The notes under the pieces are model-generated. The model did not search any database, had not been told where the DNA came from, and was given only the letters and a program-made list of their open reading frames with translations. Positions 15,401-28,240 of a stretch of DNA of 64,000 bases are shown here, piece by piece (within the stretch, counting starts at the first letter, position 1; each line of letters begins with the position of its first letter). The DNA comes from Tubiluchus corallicola (Eukaryota; Animalia; Priapulida), in assembly GCA_030141605.1 (NCBI GenBank), contig JAQGDQ010000454.1, positions 124,503-188,502 on the forward strand, given 5' to 3'. The position numbers and the translations under genes are program-made.

Positions 15401-18400
15401 CGTCTCCTAGCAACCGCCATTCCGGCGATCCCTTGATAATCTCAGACATAAGAAAGGGAAGCGTTGCACATCGGTACGTGATTTGCTTCTCCTGGCTAAA
15501 ACGCAGAACAACTATTGTTTAATCGCTGACTAGTCTTAAATGTTAACGATAGAGAAATCTGTAGCAGGTTAGAAAAATATATAGGTGGTTTCAAGCAAGC
15601 AGAAAGAATTAATCAGTAGAAACGCGAGTAAAACCCATAAAATATTAATTTATATGATTTAAGCAGCATTTATTTTTGCTTCTGGAACGTATCTCGGTTC
15701 TTTTACATTACTTTCTATGGAAGTCTTGGCTTCGTTTAACGACGTTTCGCTGAACGTCACATTTTGTTGGAATGAATTGGCGTCGTTAAGCGATGACTTA
15801 CTGTATTATTATTGGTGGTACAGACCAACAATTAATTAAACTAGGTACAAATTAGAAATGCTGAACTGGTTGGCCAACTATAGGGGGTTAATTTTTGACT
15901 ACCATGATCGCTAGGGACACATCAGTCTAGCAGTCATGTGGCCTGCCTTGTAAACAGAAGGTTCCTGGTTCGAACCAGACTAGTGGGCTTATTTCATAAC
16001 ATTTTTGCTGCAAATGTGCATACTGTAGTTGTAATAGTTTGAAGGTGTTTAACGTGGAACAAAATGTTACAAATTCCTAATTGTTTGCTGCTGTTTTATT
16101 TTTAGGACTGGAGTTATTCAACCCGGTGACAAGCTGTGGGCAATAGATAATGTTCGACTTGACAACTGCTCCATTGAAGATGCTGCACAAATCATAGAAA
16201 CTTCTGGCGAGATTGTAAAATTGAGAATTCAGAAAGACGATGCATTTAACGGTAAGTTGCAGAATATTTCTGTGTTAATGCCATAAGCACAGAGTTAGTT
16301 TAAAGTAAAACCGGACCCAATGTTAAACTGTAGGTCAAAACAATCTACTCTTTAAAATATTGAAAGGAAACATACTATTTTTTCAAGAATGACTTACGTG
16401 TGAAAGAATTATTACCACACAAACACATTTTGCATTTGCGCCACTAGTTCTTTGCTGCTACATGCATTTAGATGCTAGTTAGACGGGCATTAGTGCCTAC
16501 ATTTCGGAAATGCAGTGTACAAAAACAGGTGCTGTACCTCTCAGTTCAAATGTGTTAGTTTGTGACAAACTACACACATTCAACAGCTTGTGTGAGCACA
16601 GCAGTAAATTTGAATCTGTATCTTAAAACTTGCAGAGTTTTAGTAGACCACGCTGAATATCTTACAGTAGCACTGTACTAAAGAAAAAAGATTATTATAT
16701 TGAATATTATCGATAATAATGAGTGAAAATAGGGGGTGCTGCAATATCACATGCAGTACACCTATACACGAGCCGCCACTGCTAGTTTTAGTACAACACA
16801 CTGAATATCTTACAGTAGCCTTGTACTTCAATTTTCTTTTACGCAAACACATGCAACACGCTCGTGGAACATTTTTGCACTTTTTTGCACATTTTTCAAC
16901 ACCCTTGAAAATGGAGTAGTATATAAAAAATCATCCTGTCTTCCTTTATGAGATTATCGCGTCCTGCTTCATCGTTTAACATTTAATTTTAACCGAATTA
17001 GTTTTAAAGAAACACAAATGCAGAAAATGATTATAGCCACTTTCATCTAGATTCGCCAGAATCATCCGATGCAGTGGTTTACTCTGTGGAGCTGATACGG
17101 CATGGCGGTCCGCTGGGCATCACCATCTCCGGAACAGAGGAACTATTTGATCCCATCATCATTTCTGGGCTCACGGAAAGAGGTTTGGCTGAGAGGTGAG
17201 TACCACCCTAATTAATCGGCTGAAATCAAACCTTTATATGTCACAAATTGAATACGGCCAAAGTTCCAGTAAAGCTTAGTGCATTCTAGTATACAATTAA
17301 AAATATATAGTTATTTATGTGCTTGCATTTGTGTGCTATGCAAAATCGTCCACAAATTGGCAATTTAGCGTTGTCTAAAGTTGTTTCAAATGGCGTATCG
17401 TCAAAATGGCTGCACTTACGGTCATCGCAGGAGCTTAAATTTACAAGTTTTATACAGTGTTGCTGTTGACGCAAGCCATGCATGCACAAAGACAGTATGT
17501 AAGTGGTATAAAATTTCAAGACAATTTTTTCAAGTTTTATGTAAGTGGAGGGTTTTCTTTTGCTTTAACAATTTTTGTCCTGTTTATATGACTCATCATA
17601 ACATTCTAATATCATGTGCTATCACTTTTTAGGACAGGAGCATTGCATGTTGGAGACAGAATACTGGCCATCAACGGTAAAAGTCTGAGAGGGAAACCAC
17701 TAAGCGAAGCCATACACATGTTACAGAATGCGGGAGATAAAGTCACATTAAAAATCAGCCGAAATAGTGAGTGCATTAAAACATCAATGATTAAACAAAA
17801 ACTGTTAGAAATATTTTCTGCCCATGACCAGAGTGCGATAATTGGCATGGATGGCACGTATTTATGCAGCGCTTATAACTAACGATGTAGTGTAACTGTA
17901 ACGGTACTGTCCATTCATTTCGAATCGAGGTGGGTTATGTTATGCCTTCAACGGACGAAGATTGACATTAATGCATAACATGGTCAGGGGTGTATCAAGA
18001 CGATGCCCTAGGCTGATAATTCTCTCCCACCCATCTCTGTTGTGAATTTATGGTTTGTTTATGTAATGAGCCGATTAAACAATTACTTGTCGTGTAGTAG
18101 AAACACTCCCTAGTTTCCACATGGTCCTTGTTAGTTACATGTATTTGCATAGCACTTAAATTCCAGCAGGTTGCTCAGCTGCTTGTTGAGTAATACCTTG
18201 CACCTGTTCATTATGTGGTACTTATATAAAAGCTGCTCTCAGTAACTGCCTGTGGTGTGTTATAAAATGCTCCCCTTTACATGAATATGAAAGTATACAC
18301 ATTTTCCGAGGAGAATGACAATTTTTTCAGAAATGTGACGCCTTCAAGCTTTGGCACCCTAAGCTATACCCTAGCTAGCCTATAGGTTAATACACCCCTG

Positions 18401-21400
18401 AACACAGTGAACTTTTATGTTCAAAATCAATGCAAAATTCTTTATTAATAGAAGTGAAGGTATACAACACTGTTTGTATTCATCTTATAACGTAATCGCC
18501 AATTCTCAATTAACGTATTTACTACAGTATTCACCATAAAGGCAGGTGACTTGATCCACCTCCGACGATCTGATCTTCACAATGCATACTGAGAACAATG
18601 CCAGGGCAACTACGCAGCCTGCTGCCTGTGAGTGCATGATCCGAAAACTAAGGTGGCAGCACCTTCCAGTGATATATTAACGTAGTTAAGCAACAATGCA
18701 TGGACAGCAGTTACAGTAAATGTTTGTGATGTAGTATCTTTTAATAATCATAATTGTGTGTTATATTAATAACTGTGAAAGTTGGTATTTGTACATTGTA
18801 GTAAAGTACCATCTAGGTGCTAATCTTGTAACATTCATCTAGCTGACTTACAATGAGTATAATTGTGTGGTCCAGTGACTGCATACATACTGACCCTCTC
18901 CCTATCTTAAATTAATGGTTATTGGTAAATTAATTAGGGCAAGTTGCATAGGTCTAGATCAATACCTAAATACTGGCTGTGAAACAGGTTTTACTGACTG
19001 GTTTTGATTCTAGTTTTCCATGTTCAATGCAGCAGTTTTTCTACTCGTGTTTCTGTAATAAAATAAACACTTTTCATTCGTGTAAAATGCAAAGATTTAT
19101 TGTAGCTGTTTGGTTCTTATCCATAGTTTTCTGAGTGTGTCCATTCTCAAGCATATCAAAGTAACTCGATAACAACTTCAAAAGTGATTTTGACAATAAC
19201 CACTTGCTTGTTATACCATATTTATATAAAAGCGGGAGCCAGTCACTGCTTGTGGTGTGTTACTAAATACACGCTTTATATGAATATGAAAGGGTACACA
19301 TGTTCAAAGAAAAATGAGAATTTTCTAACACAGGGCTCCTAAAATCTGGCTCTGTCAAAATTTGGCATCCTAGACTACAGCCTAGTTAACTTATTGGAAA
19401 AAAATGCCATTTTGGGTATTAACGGTAAATATGCATTCTCTGAATACTCATATAGTAAAGATGGTTTCTTTTTTAAGCCAGAAAGTTTGTGGAGTGTGTA
19501 TTTTGAAATTGACATGTTATGACAAAAGTTTAGGCTGCTCTTAAAACTCTAAAATAAAGCTAGCGGAGAACAAAGGAAACTTAGGCATGCCATTCATTCC
19601 TTTTAACACAGAATGAGAGTAGTAACAACAGTAATCTTCTAAAGTAAAAATGTTATAAGTAAAATTTAATTCTATCCTAATTTGTTTACTTGGGGCATTA
19701 CAATTTAGCATAATACAATATGTTATCCAATTGAGCTTGAAATAATTTCTTGTTTGGAATTTGGGATGACCTGGCTAGTGTTTTACATTTAAGCCACTTT
19801 TCTTACAGGAAGTCGAAGAAGTTCCGGAAAGGACTCTGACACGGATAAGGATGAGTACCTCGAGAAACATGGAACACCGATTCCGAGCGTCGACAGCGCC
19901 GTCGAGTCGTGGGACGGCTCCGGCGTGGAAAACGGCTCACATGGCGATAAGAGCAGACCACACAGTGGAAAGACCAGTGGAAAAGGTCCTGGAGGAGCAA
20001 GAGGTAAAAAATCAGTACTGCAGAAATAGAATTAATAAATAGAGACTGAAGCTGTGTCAGTTGCTACTACATCAGCTGACTCACACAGTAAATCGGCTAG
20101 CTCGGCTAAAGTTGACTGACTTTTCAGCTGAGTTGATTTAAAGAAAAAAATCAGCTAAGTCAGCCAAAGCTGCAAATTTTTGATAACTAAATAAATGATG
20201 AATTGTTAGTTAACTGTTAAATTTTGGAGACAAATTTTTTAAATAATTTGTGCTGCTTATACACAGAGGAAAGCTGATGTACAAATTCAAATAATGCATC
20301 ACAGATCAATTTTTTATTATTATAAACAAGCAATGGATTTATTGCAAATATAATTTAAATCCAACTCTTGGTTAGGCTTTTCTTGATTACCGACGAATCA
20401 ATACCAAAACACCAAAATGATTCCGTATGTGTGACTAACTTTGCCTATTTGTGTCTTTAATTTTGGACTGACCAGCTTTCTCGTTCAAAAATTTTTAAAG
20501 TTTAGTATCTCTGTCAGCATCTACACAGTCTGACTGTCAATATGCAATGCATTTGTCAGCCGTGATCTGCAGTGTCACGTGATTATCGCAAGAGTGAAAA
20601 TCTTCGCAGCAACAGTGTCAACTAGTTCGACTCCCATCACCAAGTGGCTGGCACGCCTGATGCTGATTTTCTTATTGGCTAGGTCGACTGTAGAAATAAA
20701 CCGGCTGTGGGCTCTATTAATAATGATCCTGCCAGATTATGCAGACAACATGAGGAAAACTAGTATACTAGCCACTTTTTTGGAGTAAAACTCACTCCAT
20801 CTGCAGCTGAATCTACTGCAGAAATATTATCAAATTCCAATGGTTTACAAATCATATTACTAAAATTGTAGCAAGGTATACCCAAGTTTGCAAAAAATGA
20901 ATACTGTGTCTCCTTACGAAATCTACTCTCTTGTTTTTTCTGCCTAATATTTATGACTGCTGTGCAGTTTGCAATTTAAAGTTTTTATAAATAGACCCAG
21001 TTTTCTCCAATTTCGATCAAGTGAAGTTTAGAAATTGCAAATAAGACAAGTTTAGATAACTTTACAGCAATGAAACAAATCCCAGAGAAACTTGCACAAT
21101 AGCATAGGACCCACACAAGTGAAGTTACGGGTATATAGGAGAGATCTTACAGATCTCGTACTGAAATCAACCACCATTGTTTATAGGAGCTTTAAAATTA
21201 GTGGTGGCTCATGCATAGGTACTGTGGAACTGCAGCACCCTCTATTTTTACTCATTATTAAGTCTTTTTTCTTTAGTTTTTTCTTTATGTTTGTACGGAA
21301 CCAGAGCCCGTTTATCCGTAAAAGTGATGTCCGTCAACCGAGATATGAGTGTATATGTATGAATGCACCTAGCTGTAATGCCAAACTCACTTAAAGCCAA

Positions 21401-21811
21401 CTTTTCTGCAGTCCCAAAGTAGGCAGTATAAAGAAGTTAATGTATAATGATTTTGCCAATGACAAAGATTTGCTATTAATCATGCATTCACTAACTAAAA
21501 TGAGTAACCAGTTTAAGAGCATAAACCAGCCTATAATTTAGGCTGGGGCTAGGTTAACGGCCATTAGTCAAGATTCTGAGCTAATTTAAAACATCACAAA
21601 CATTTTAGTAATAAAATTGGTAAGAATTGGCGTGTTTTAGGCCAAATTAAGGCCTCAGTAGGTCAAAATGAGGCTCGGTTAGAAAAGTCATTATTTTAGC
21701 TTTTCATTCATTCAGAGAATGTTTCTTATGACCAAAAATAGAAAACCAATATTATTTAACTGCCTAAATCTCTCTTAAGACATTTTTCTGATATTTAAAT
21801 TAAGACTAGAC

Positions 21812-21900
<89 letters not shown>

Positions 21901-22928
21901 ATTATATTAATTATTTCCTTGTAATGTAAGATAAAATGGGTACTGTTTTTGTAGGACGTAACGCAAAACGTTCAAAAGCTCGAAGCATCACCCTGAAGCC
22001 TGATGGTGGAATAGAGATCCAAGAAGACCCGGTTCATTCAGAAGACGAGTGGGAGTTGCCCTCCACCAACAGCCTCTCCGGGCACAGTGATGGAGGTGAA
22101 GGAGAGGCTGACAAGCCTCCTCGGTTAACACCTCCTCGCGAAGTCAGCAGCATGAGAGGCGAGGATCAGTGTCGCTCGATGGACGCTTTGAGTGATCGCA
22201 CGGACAACAGCTGGACAAAGGTCCTGGAAGATCTGGAGACATGTGGCAACTCTCGGATACTGCGAGAACTGGAAGAGAGCATCATGAAGGGCAGCGAGGT
22301 TCGGCTGCAGGTCAACAATGACACGCCATCACTAACGACGTCGAAACTCTTGCAACGTTCACGTCCACAACCCCAATACCTGACTCCGGCCAGTCTGGAT
22401 GCAGTCCTGGAAGATCTCACGAATACGAACTGGTCCGACTCTGAGAGCAGTCGAAATAATACCCTCGAGAAAAAATCTGAGGGGTTTCATAACATTAATG
22501 ACACCCTTCACAGCATGTTGAATCCGCCCCCCGTTGAACTACACAAGGTGACGTTGTACAAGGACAAGACGTTCGACGATTTTGGCTTCAGTGTCTCTGA
22601 CGGGTTATTTGAAAAGGGCATCTACATCAACCGCATGCGGTCGAATGGACCCGCCTGCATGTCCGGATTGATAAAACCGTATGATCGCATCCTCCAGATC
22701 AACTCAACGAAAACTCGCGATTTTGACTGCTGCCTGGCGGTGCCGCTGATCGCGTCTGTCGGTGATCGAATAGAACTGGTCATCAGTCGCAATCCGTTAA
22801 TGTCCCAGAAGGATTTGACCGACGCGGGTCCCGCTCCCTGGGAGCAGGAAGACGAGGATGACAACACGCCAACACCGACTCCATCTGCAACGTCTACATT
22901 ATCGAATCACAAATTGAAAACGTTATAG
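3802..22928 (+). CDS. GRIP1: Glutamate receptor-interacting protein (GRIP1/2 family, 7 PDZ domains); 5'-partial multi-exon gene, 13 exons in window
   Basis: Thirteen AG/GT-bounded exons join in phase: 3802-3947, 5166-5328, 6566-6711, 8754-8901, 10775-10956, 12172-12303, 13480-13669, 15186-15473, 16106-16251, 17051-17195, 17633-17766, 19809-20003, 21955-22928. Peptides match remembered GRIP1 segments ([87 protein letters not shown]). Confidence 0.95.
5166..5328 (+). CDS. GRIP1: GRIP exon, PDZ2 N-terminal half
   Basis: tttag|...|gtaacc; [21 protein letters not shown]...[18 protein letters not shown]. Confidence 0.92.
6566..6711 (+). CDS. GRIP1: GRIP exon, PDZ2 C-terminal half
   Basis: ttcag|...|gtaaga; [18 protein letters not shown]...[10 protein letters not shown]. 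Confidence 0.92.
8058..8521. mobile_element. MITE family A (TIR GTGTGCTTGCA...CCATAAGTCGGC)
   Basis: Copies at 13818-14138 (nested in family B), 22989-23418, ~30982-31628, ~35522-36188 and 55202-55854. Confidence 0.82.
8754..8901 (+). CDS. GRIP1: GRIP exon, PDZ3 N-terminal half
   Basis: tgcag|...|gtgtgt; [25 protein letters not shown]...[13 protein letters not shown]. Confidence 0.92.
9530..10053. mobile_element. Tc1/mariner-type MITE (TA|CACTCATATCTC...GAGATATGAGTG|TA)
   Basis: TIR and TA TSD; another copy (~57400-63047) hosts the LTR element. Confidence 0.8.
10775..10956 (+). CDS. GRIP1: GRIP exon, PDZ3 C-terminal half
   Basis: cgcag|...|gtaagt; [15 protein letters not shown]...QIKLEILP. 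Confidence 0.92.
10976..11921. mobile_element. hAT-type MITE family C (TIR CAGGGGCG), with a nested TTAA-flanked element at ~11120-11652
   Basis: 8-bp TSD AGTTTTGC; copies at 17985-18400, 23821-24268 and 37445-37859. Confidence 0.88.
12172..12303 (+). CDS. GRIP1: GRIP exon, basic linker between PDZ3 and PDZ4
   Basis: gacag|...|gtgagt; phase 1-1; [31 protein letters not shown]. Confidence 0.8.
12350..13160. repeat. Compound (ATT)n/(ATTACC)n/(ATTACT)n microsatellite in a GRIP intron
   Basis: Direct reading. Other microsatellites: 715-1220 degenerate (CAT)n, 4760-4905 and 21814-21897 (ATT)n, 9044-9101 (TCTG)n, ~35000-35080 and 53674-53920 (CT)n, 40250-40460 (GA)n. Confidence 0.95.
13480..13669 (+). 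CDS. GRIP1: GRIP exon, PDZ4 N-terminal half
   Basis: tttag|...|gtgagc; [40 protein letters not shown]. Confidence 0.9.
15186..15473 (+). CDS. GRIP1: GRIP exon, PDZ4 C-terminal half and PDZ5 N-terminal half
   Basis: tatag|...|gtacgt; [33 protein letters not shown]...[17 protein letters not shown]. Confidence 0.93.
16106..16251 (+). CDS. GRIP1: GRIP exon, PDZ5 C-terminal half
   Basis: tttag|...|gtaagt; [30 protein letters not shown]...VKLRIQKD. Confidence 0.92.
17051..17195 (+). CDS. GRIP1: GRIP exon, PDZ6 N-terminal half
   Basis: tctag|...|gtgagt; [42 protein letters not shown]. Confidence 0.93.
17633..17766 (+). CDS. GRIP1: GRIP exon, PDZ6 C-terminal half
   Basis: tttag|...|gtgagt; [41 protein letters not shown]. 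Confidence 0.93.
19809..20003 (+). CDS. GRIP1: GRIP exon, linker between PDZ6 and PDZ7
   Basis: tacag|...|gtaaaa; contains [17 protein letters not shown], matching the GRIP linker motif. Confidence 0.9.
21955..22928 (+). CDS. GRIP1: GRIP terminal exon: linker, PDZ7 and stop
   Basis: tgtag|; [21 protein letters not shown]; [24 protein letters not shown]...[12 protein letters not shown]; ends KTL-TAG. Confidence 0.95.
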
Positions 22929-25330
22929 CCAACGTTTTTTGTCCTTTTCTAAATTACTGCTATTTGTACAGATCTGTTATGGCGATATGTGTGCTTGCAT
23001 AGCAAAATCGTCCATAAGTCGGCAATTACACTTTTCTATGTTGCTGTGGACTTTGCAAGAGCACATTGTAGTTATGTTTAAAACTAGTAGATGGCTCTTA
23101 CTGACGAAATTCTGGGATTGGCAACAGTGAAAACCCGAGCTACTATCGGAGTTTGAAATATAATTTTTTTTACAATTAGGGTACTAGTTTTTTAGCCAGA
23201 GAAGTGGGTACAGGGTTGTAAAATTAGATTTTTCATATTTTTTGAGCATTTTCTTGATAATTTGATGCTCGAATAAAAAGTGCAATATATTTAGCATTTG
23301 TTTATATAAAAAATAAAAAATTAGCATGTCACCCAATTTTTGGTGCATTCTACTTTGAAGCACCATAACGTAGTTTTAACTATGCCGACTTATGGACAGT
23401 TTTGGTTTGCAAGCACACTTGAGCTAGAAGATACTTGCTATGCTCGCTTTGATAAATAGTATATTTGCAAGTGTATCCTACATGCTTATTTTACAGTTAA
23501 GAAAAGAAATCTACAGGTCCCCTTTCAATGTTAACCAAAGATGCGTAATCATTGCTAATTACTTGAAAATGTGACTGCAAAATGGTAGAAGTGTAATTGC
23601 TGTTAGCTGAAAGATTATTAATGGCATAGTTTAGACTACTTGATATCAAAATGAATTATTTTGTATTTAGTTTGTGATAGCCTGCACTGGTAGATTAATT
23701 GTGTAAACAGCGTGAATCTTTGTTGCAACTAACAAAGTTTTGAGTGCTGTTGCGTAGTATTTTTTGAGTTAGTATAACGAGCTTGTTTTATTAAGTGCTT
23801 GTCGCTGAAGTAAGTATTTTCAGGGGCGTATTAACCAATAGGCTAACTAGGCCATAACCTAGGGCTCCAAGGTTTGAGGGCGCCACATTTTAGAAAAAAT
23901 TCTTATTCGCCTCGGAAATTTACTTTCATATTTATATAATACTTTCATATTCATGTAAAAGGTGCATTTTGTAACAGACAACAGACCACAGGCAGTTACT
24001 GAATACAGCTTTTATATAAGTGTCACATAACGAGCAGGTGCAAGGTATTACACAACAAGCAGTTGTGTGCAACCTGCTTGAATATAAGCACTATGCAAAT
24101 ATGTGGAATTAATAATGACCATGTAGAAACTAGGTTAATAGTTTTTCTAATACACCACAAGTAATTGTTTAATTACTTCTCATTACATAAGCAACCATAA
24201 ATTCACAATAGAGATGGGCGGCGCAGCATTATCAGCCTAGGACGTCGTAAAGTCTTGATATGCCCCTGAATATTTAAACTAGTGCTTGTAGTTTATCTGT
24301 AAAAAATGTACATGTACACTTTTTCACTTAGTAATTAAGCAAGATGTTAAGTTAATAATATATCAAAATGTCTATTTGTACATATATGTTTTAGTTTTTG
24401 TAGCATATCGTTTTAGTCTCGAGATTGTGCAAGGTTAAAAGAGCAGCTATTGTATGGTTTGTTTGGCAACTCTGCATGTTTGCATTTTTTGCCAGCAAAT
24501 GTCACTGCAAATCAGTAAATTTTAGTGGCGTGACATTGTTTATTGTATTCGTACTTCATCTATTAGAAGATAGTCATATGTTAAGACTTAATAGTGAGCA
24601 TTTTTTAAAGTTAATTTATTTTTTAATCGGAAATTATAGTATGGTGGTGACATCTATATTCATACTTTGTATACTAAGTAAAGGCATGCAAGTGTGGAAA
24701 GTTCACAATAACCACTCTTTTTTAGTGAATAATGCCACTTATGCTGGGACACTCTTAGAGATGTTACAATATCTTTATTGTTTTTTATCAGTAGGACTCT
24801 ATTAAGCCTACATATATGTTTTTTGCCTAACAATCAAGTGCAGTTTTTCTATTGCACAACATCGCACCCATTTGTTTGCCAAACAACAGACCATAGAATT
24901 TGAATTAGAAAAAGGGACACATTGTTGCCTCAGTTTTTGTTTGAGGCTTGCAGTCTCTCTGTGCACACACATGGCATTTAAATCTGTGAATTGTGACATT
25001 GTTATGGGTATCATTGCATTAATCTGATAATCATAACCCGGCAAAATTTAAACATGATTTTAAGAAATAGAGCACCCAACCTAAAATTGTTGTTCGCTAA
25101 AAAGCTGTGCAAACTCACTTAGCATCCACTTATAATATGTATATTTAGATTTTATTGTTTCTTCTCGTACTTTATCTTTTCGTGGCGTGTTTATGTTTAT
25201 ATTTATTACTTGTATAGTGTTGAGTTTGGTTTATTTAAACTGTAAATTGACTGAATATTAGTGTTAATATATTTTCAAAATTGTGAGTAAAATTTTATTT
25301 ATATTCTTTCTTGTGTTTCTCCCCTAGTTG

Positions 25331-27385
25331 ACCATTATGATATCTATAGATATAATTCGTAATTGCAGTATAATAAACCTTCTCTATCTTGAATTGAATT
25401 TGAATTTGAATTTATTTATTCCACAGCAACTCAAATATACATATAAATTGATATAACATTGAAAAAAATAAATAAACTATGCGAGTTACTGTGAGGAGGA
25501 GGAAGGAGCATTTTGCTTTCGAGTCCTCCTCCAGATAAGTGAAACAATTGACAATTAACATTACATTTTCATCAGTTATAGCATACATTAGAACAAAGTA
25601 AGTTTTGTTAGTAACTTAAGATCAGGATGAGTAAAATTGTGAGTTAATTATACCGGTGTAGTAGGTAATTCTTTGATGCTTTTTTAAATTGATAAAGATT
25701 AAGAGTTTTCATTTCACGCGGAATTGATGACCATATTTTAATAGCATTATATTTTGATGACTGTTTCATTATATTTGTTTTTGGAAGGGGGAGTACATAG
25801 TTTTCGACTGAATATCTTGTGTAATGATCATGTTGATTTGAAACTGGACTAAAGTATGACTGAAAAGCTGGTGGAAGTAGTGAATTATGATAGTGATACA
25901 TGAAATGAAGACAATACATGTCATATATTTCTTTCACTTTAAGAGTTTTAACAGACAAATAAATTATATTTGTGGGATGGTCATACCTTACATGATATAT
26001 TAGTTTGAGAATTTTGTTCTGGGTAATTTGTAAAGCTTCCAGATTACTTTTATATACACCACCCCAAGACATGACGCCATATATTAGATATGGGTAGACT
26101 AAACTGTAATAGATTTTCATCAATGTTTCTCTATTAACAAACTTGCGTAATTTATAGATGATTCCCAAGGTTTTACTCAATTTATGCTTTATTATACTTA
26201 TTTGGTACTTCCAGTCTAGGTGCTCATCAAGAAATATTCCCAAATATTTAACATGTGACTTTTTTTCAACAATAACATTACTAAGAACTATGGTTATATT
26301 TCTTGATGGTGTTCTCCTTTTCTTTTTTAGAAGCATGAAGTTAGATTTATTAATATTCAATGAGACCTTATTGACATTCAACCATTCTGTTACTTTATTT
26401 AACTGGGTATTCATAACACTCTCCAAGTTATCTATATTTGAATCACTTAAAAAAATATTTGTGTCATCTGCAAAAAGTCTGAAGATTAAATTTGAGCAAC
26501 TTAGTGGCATATCATTTATATATAGAAGAAATAAAAGTGGTCCTAGAGTAGAACCTTGGGGAACACCATGCTTAATTGGAAGTGTATTGGATTTACATCC
26601 ATTTAGTTCGACATACTGGAGACGATCACAAAGATAACTTTTGAACCATGATTGAGCTGAATGTCTTATACCATAATAATGCAATTTGTCTAGAAGAATA
26701 CAATGATTTACCGTATCAAATGCCTTTGATAAATCTATAAACAGACCACAGACATACTGATCATTATCAAGCGCCTCTGCAATTTTATTAGTTATTTCAA
26801 TTAATGCTAATGCTGTTGAATGCGACTTTCGAAAACCGAATTGATAGTCATATAAAACTTTGTTTTGTAAAAGAAAAGAGGACAGTTGATTAAATGCGAT
26901 TTTTTCAAGTATTTTAGAAAAAACACTTAATAGTGAAATTGGTCGATAATTAGATAACTTAGTTTTACTATTTGATTTATAAACAGGAATTACTTTAGTG
27001 AGTTTAAGCTGTTCAGGAAAAATACCAGTATTAAATGATTGATTAATTATAAAAGTTAATGGCTTGGAAATGACGGAACTAGCAATTTTAACAAAAAAAT
27101 TACTGACACCATCTGCACCAGGGGCTTTGTTACCCTTAAGTCCTGTTAATAATGAAAGCACTTCTACTTCATTAATAGGTTCAAATCTAAATTCATTAGC
27201 GAGATTACCAGTTAAATACGAAAGATGATGCTTATTGACATTTGGAATATTTTGTGCCAATGTTGATCCAACTTCAACAAAAAACTTATTAAATTTATCA
27301 GCCATTAACTGGGGTTGGGTTATTTGCTCATTATTAATAACTAATTTAGTAAGACAATTCTTTTGGGCTTTTAGTTTTACTAGTT
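25331..27385 (-). mobile_element. 5'-truncated non-LTR retrotransposon (CR1/L2 group)
   Basis: The RT frame stays open to ~27383. The 3' UTR has a GGAGGA...TCCTCC stem-loop (~25495-25531) and an AATAAATA(AATTCA)n tail at ~25331-25360. No endonuclease domain is present. Confidence 0.9.
25644..27305 (-). CDS. LINE ORF2 reverse transcriptase region (553 aa, N-terminally truncated)
   Basis: Motifs KAPGADG, NYRPISLL, QFGFR, FIDLSKAFDTV, GVPQGSTLGPLLFLLYIND, LFADD, KYLG. Confidence 0.95.
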   Translation of the reverse strand: MADKFNKFFVEVGSTLAQNIPNVNKHHLSYLTGNLANEFRFEPINEVEVLSLLTGLKGNKAPGADGVSNFFVKIASSVISKPLTFIINQSFNTGIFPEQLKLTKVIPVYKSNSKTKLSNYRPISLLSVFSKILEKIAFNQLSSFLLQNKVLYDYQFGFRKSHSTALALIEITNKIAEALDNDQYVCGLFIDLSKAFDTVNHCILLDKLHYYGIRHSAQSWFKSYLCDRLQYVELNGCKSNTLPIKHGVPQGSTLGPLLFLLYINDMPLSCSNLIFRLFADDTNIFLSDSNIDNLESVMNTQLNKVTEWLNVNKVSLNINKSNFMLLKKKRRTPSRNITIVLSNVIVEKKSHVKYLGIFLDEHLDWKYQISIIKHKLSKTLGIIYKLRKFVNRETLMKIYYSLVYPYLIYGVMSWGGVYKSNLEALQITQNKILKLIYHVRYDHPTNIIYLSVKTLKVKEIYDMYCLHFMYHYHNSLLPPAFQSYFSPVSNQHDHYTRYSVENYVLPLPKTNIMKQSSKYNAIKIWSSIPREMKTLNLYQFKKASKNYLLHRYN

Positions 27386-27572
27386 AAATTGTTTGTGTTA
27401 GCTTTTTTTATTACTCCAAAGTTTTCGTATAATACTTTCCATATCATTATAATAATAGAGGAGAGAGAGTTAGCAGATAAATTAAAACTGGAGCTAACAG
27501 TTTGTTCGGCATTTAGTTAATACACTAACACCACAAAAATAAACTGAAATAGTTGTATGGATTCAGGACGAT

Positions 27573-28240
27573 GACAGATAACTCAATATTCTGACCGTAA
27601 TTCTCAAAAGAAAATACAAGTTTGTTCACGAGCTAATTCATTGACAGGTAACAAAGTGTTTTCACCATCTAATGGCAGCCATTCTCAAGAGAAAATACAA
27701 GTTTGTTCAGGAGATGATTCATTAACAGATAACTCAATATTTGACAAGCAAACGACAGTCATTCTTAAGAGAACATGCAAATTTGTCCACGAGGTGATTT
27801 GACAGATAACTCAATATTTCGACCACCTAATGGTAGTCATTCTTGATAGGAAATACAAGTTTGTTCACGACTTTATTTATTGACAGATAATTAAATACTT
27901 TGACCACCTAATGGCAATCGTTTTCAAGAAAACTACAAGTCTGTTCACGAGATGGTTTAATGCAGATAACTAAATATTTTGACCACCTATTGGTATCATT
28001 CTCAAGAAAAAATACATTTTTTTCAAGAGGCGATTTCTTGACAGATAACTCAAAATTTTGGTCACTTAATAGTAGTTAGTTATTTTCAAAAGAAGATGCA
28101 ATTTTACTCACGAGATAATTCGTTGATAGATAATTCAATATTTTGTCCAGCAAACAGCAGTCATTCTCAAGAGAACATGCACATTTGTTCACTAGGTGAT
28201 TTGACAGATAACTCAATAAATTGATCACTTAATGGGAATC
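27573..28240. repeat. Diverged ~78-80-bp tandem repeat, ~9 units
   Basis: GACAGATAACTCAATA recurs at ~27573, 27643, 27724, 27801, 27882, 27962, 28040, 28125 and 28203. Confidence 0.85.

Noticed and set aside
15913-15990. tRNA gene
   Set aside because: A and B boxes are present but there is no acceptor stem or cloverleaf; treated as a SINE-like head
18546-18627. Possible extra GRIP exon (cag|...|gtgagt)
   Set aside because: In-frame TGA in phase 1, and the alternative ATG frame creates TGA on joining the next exon
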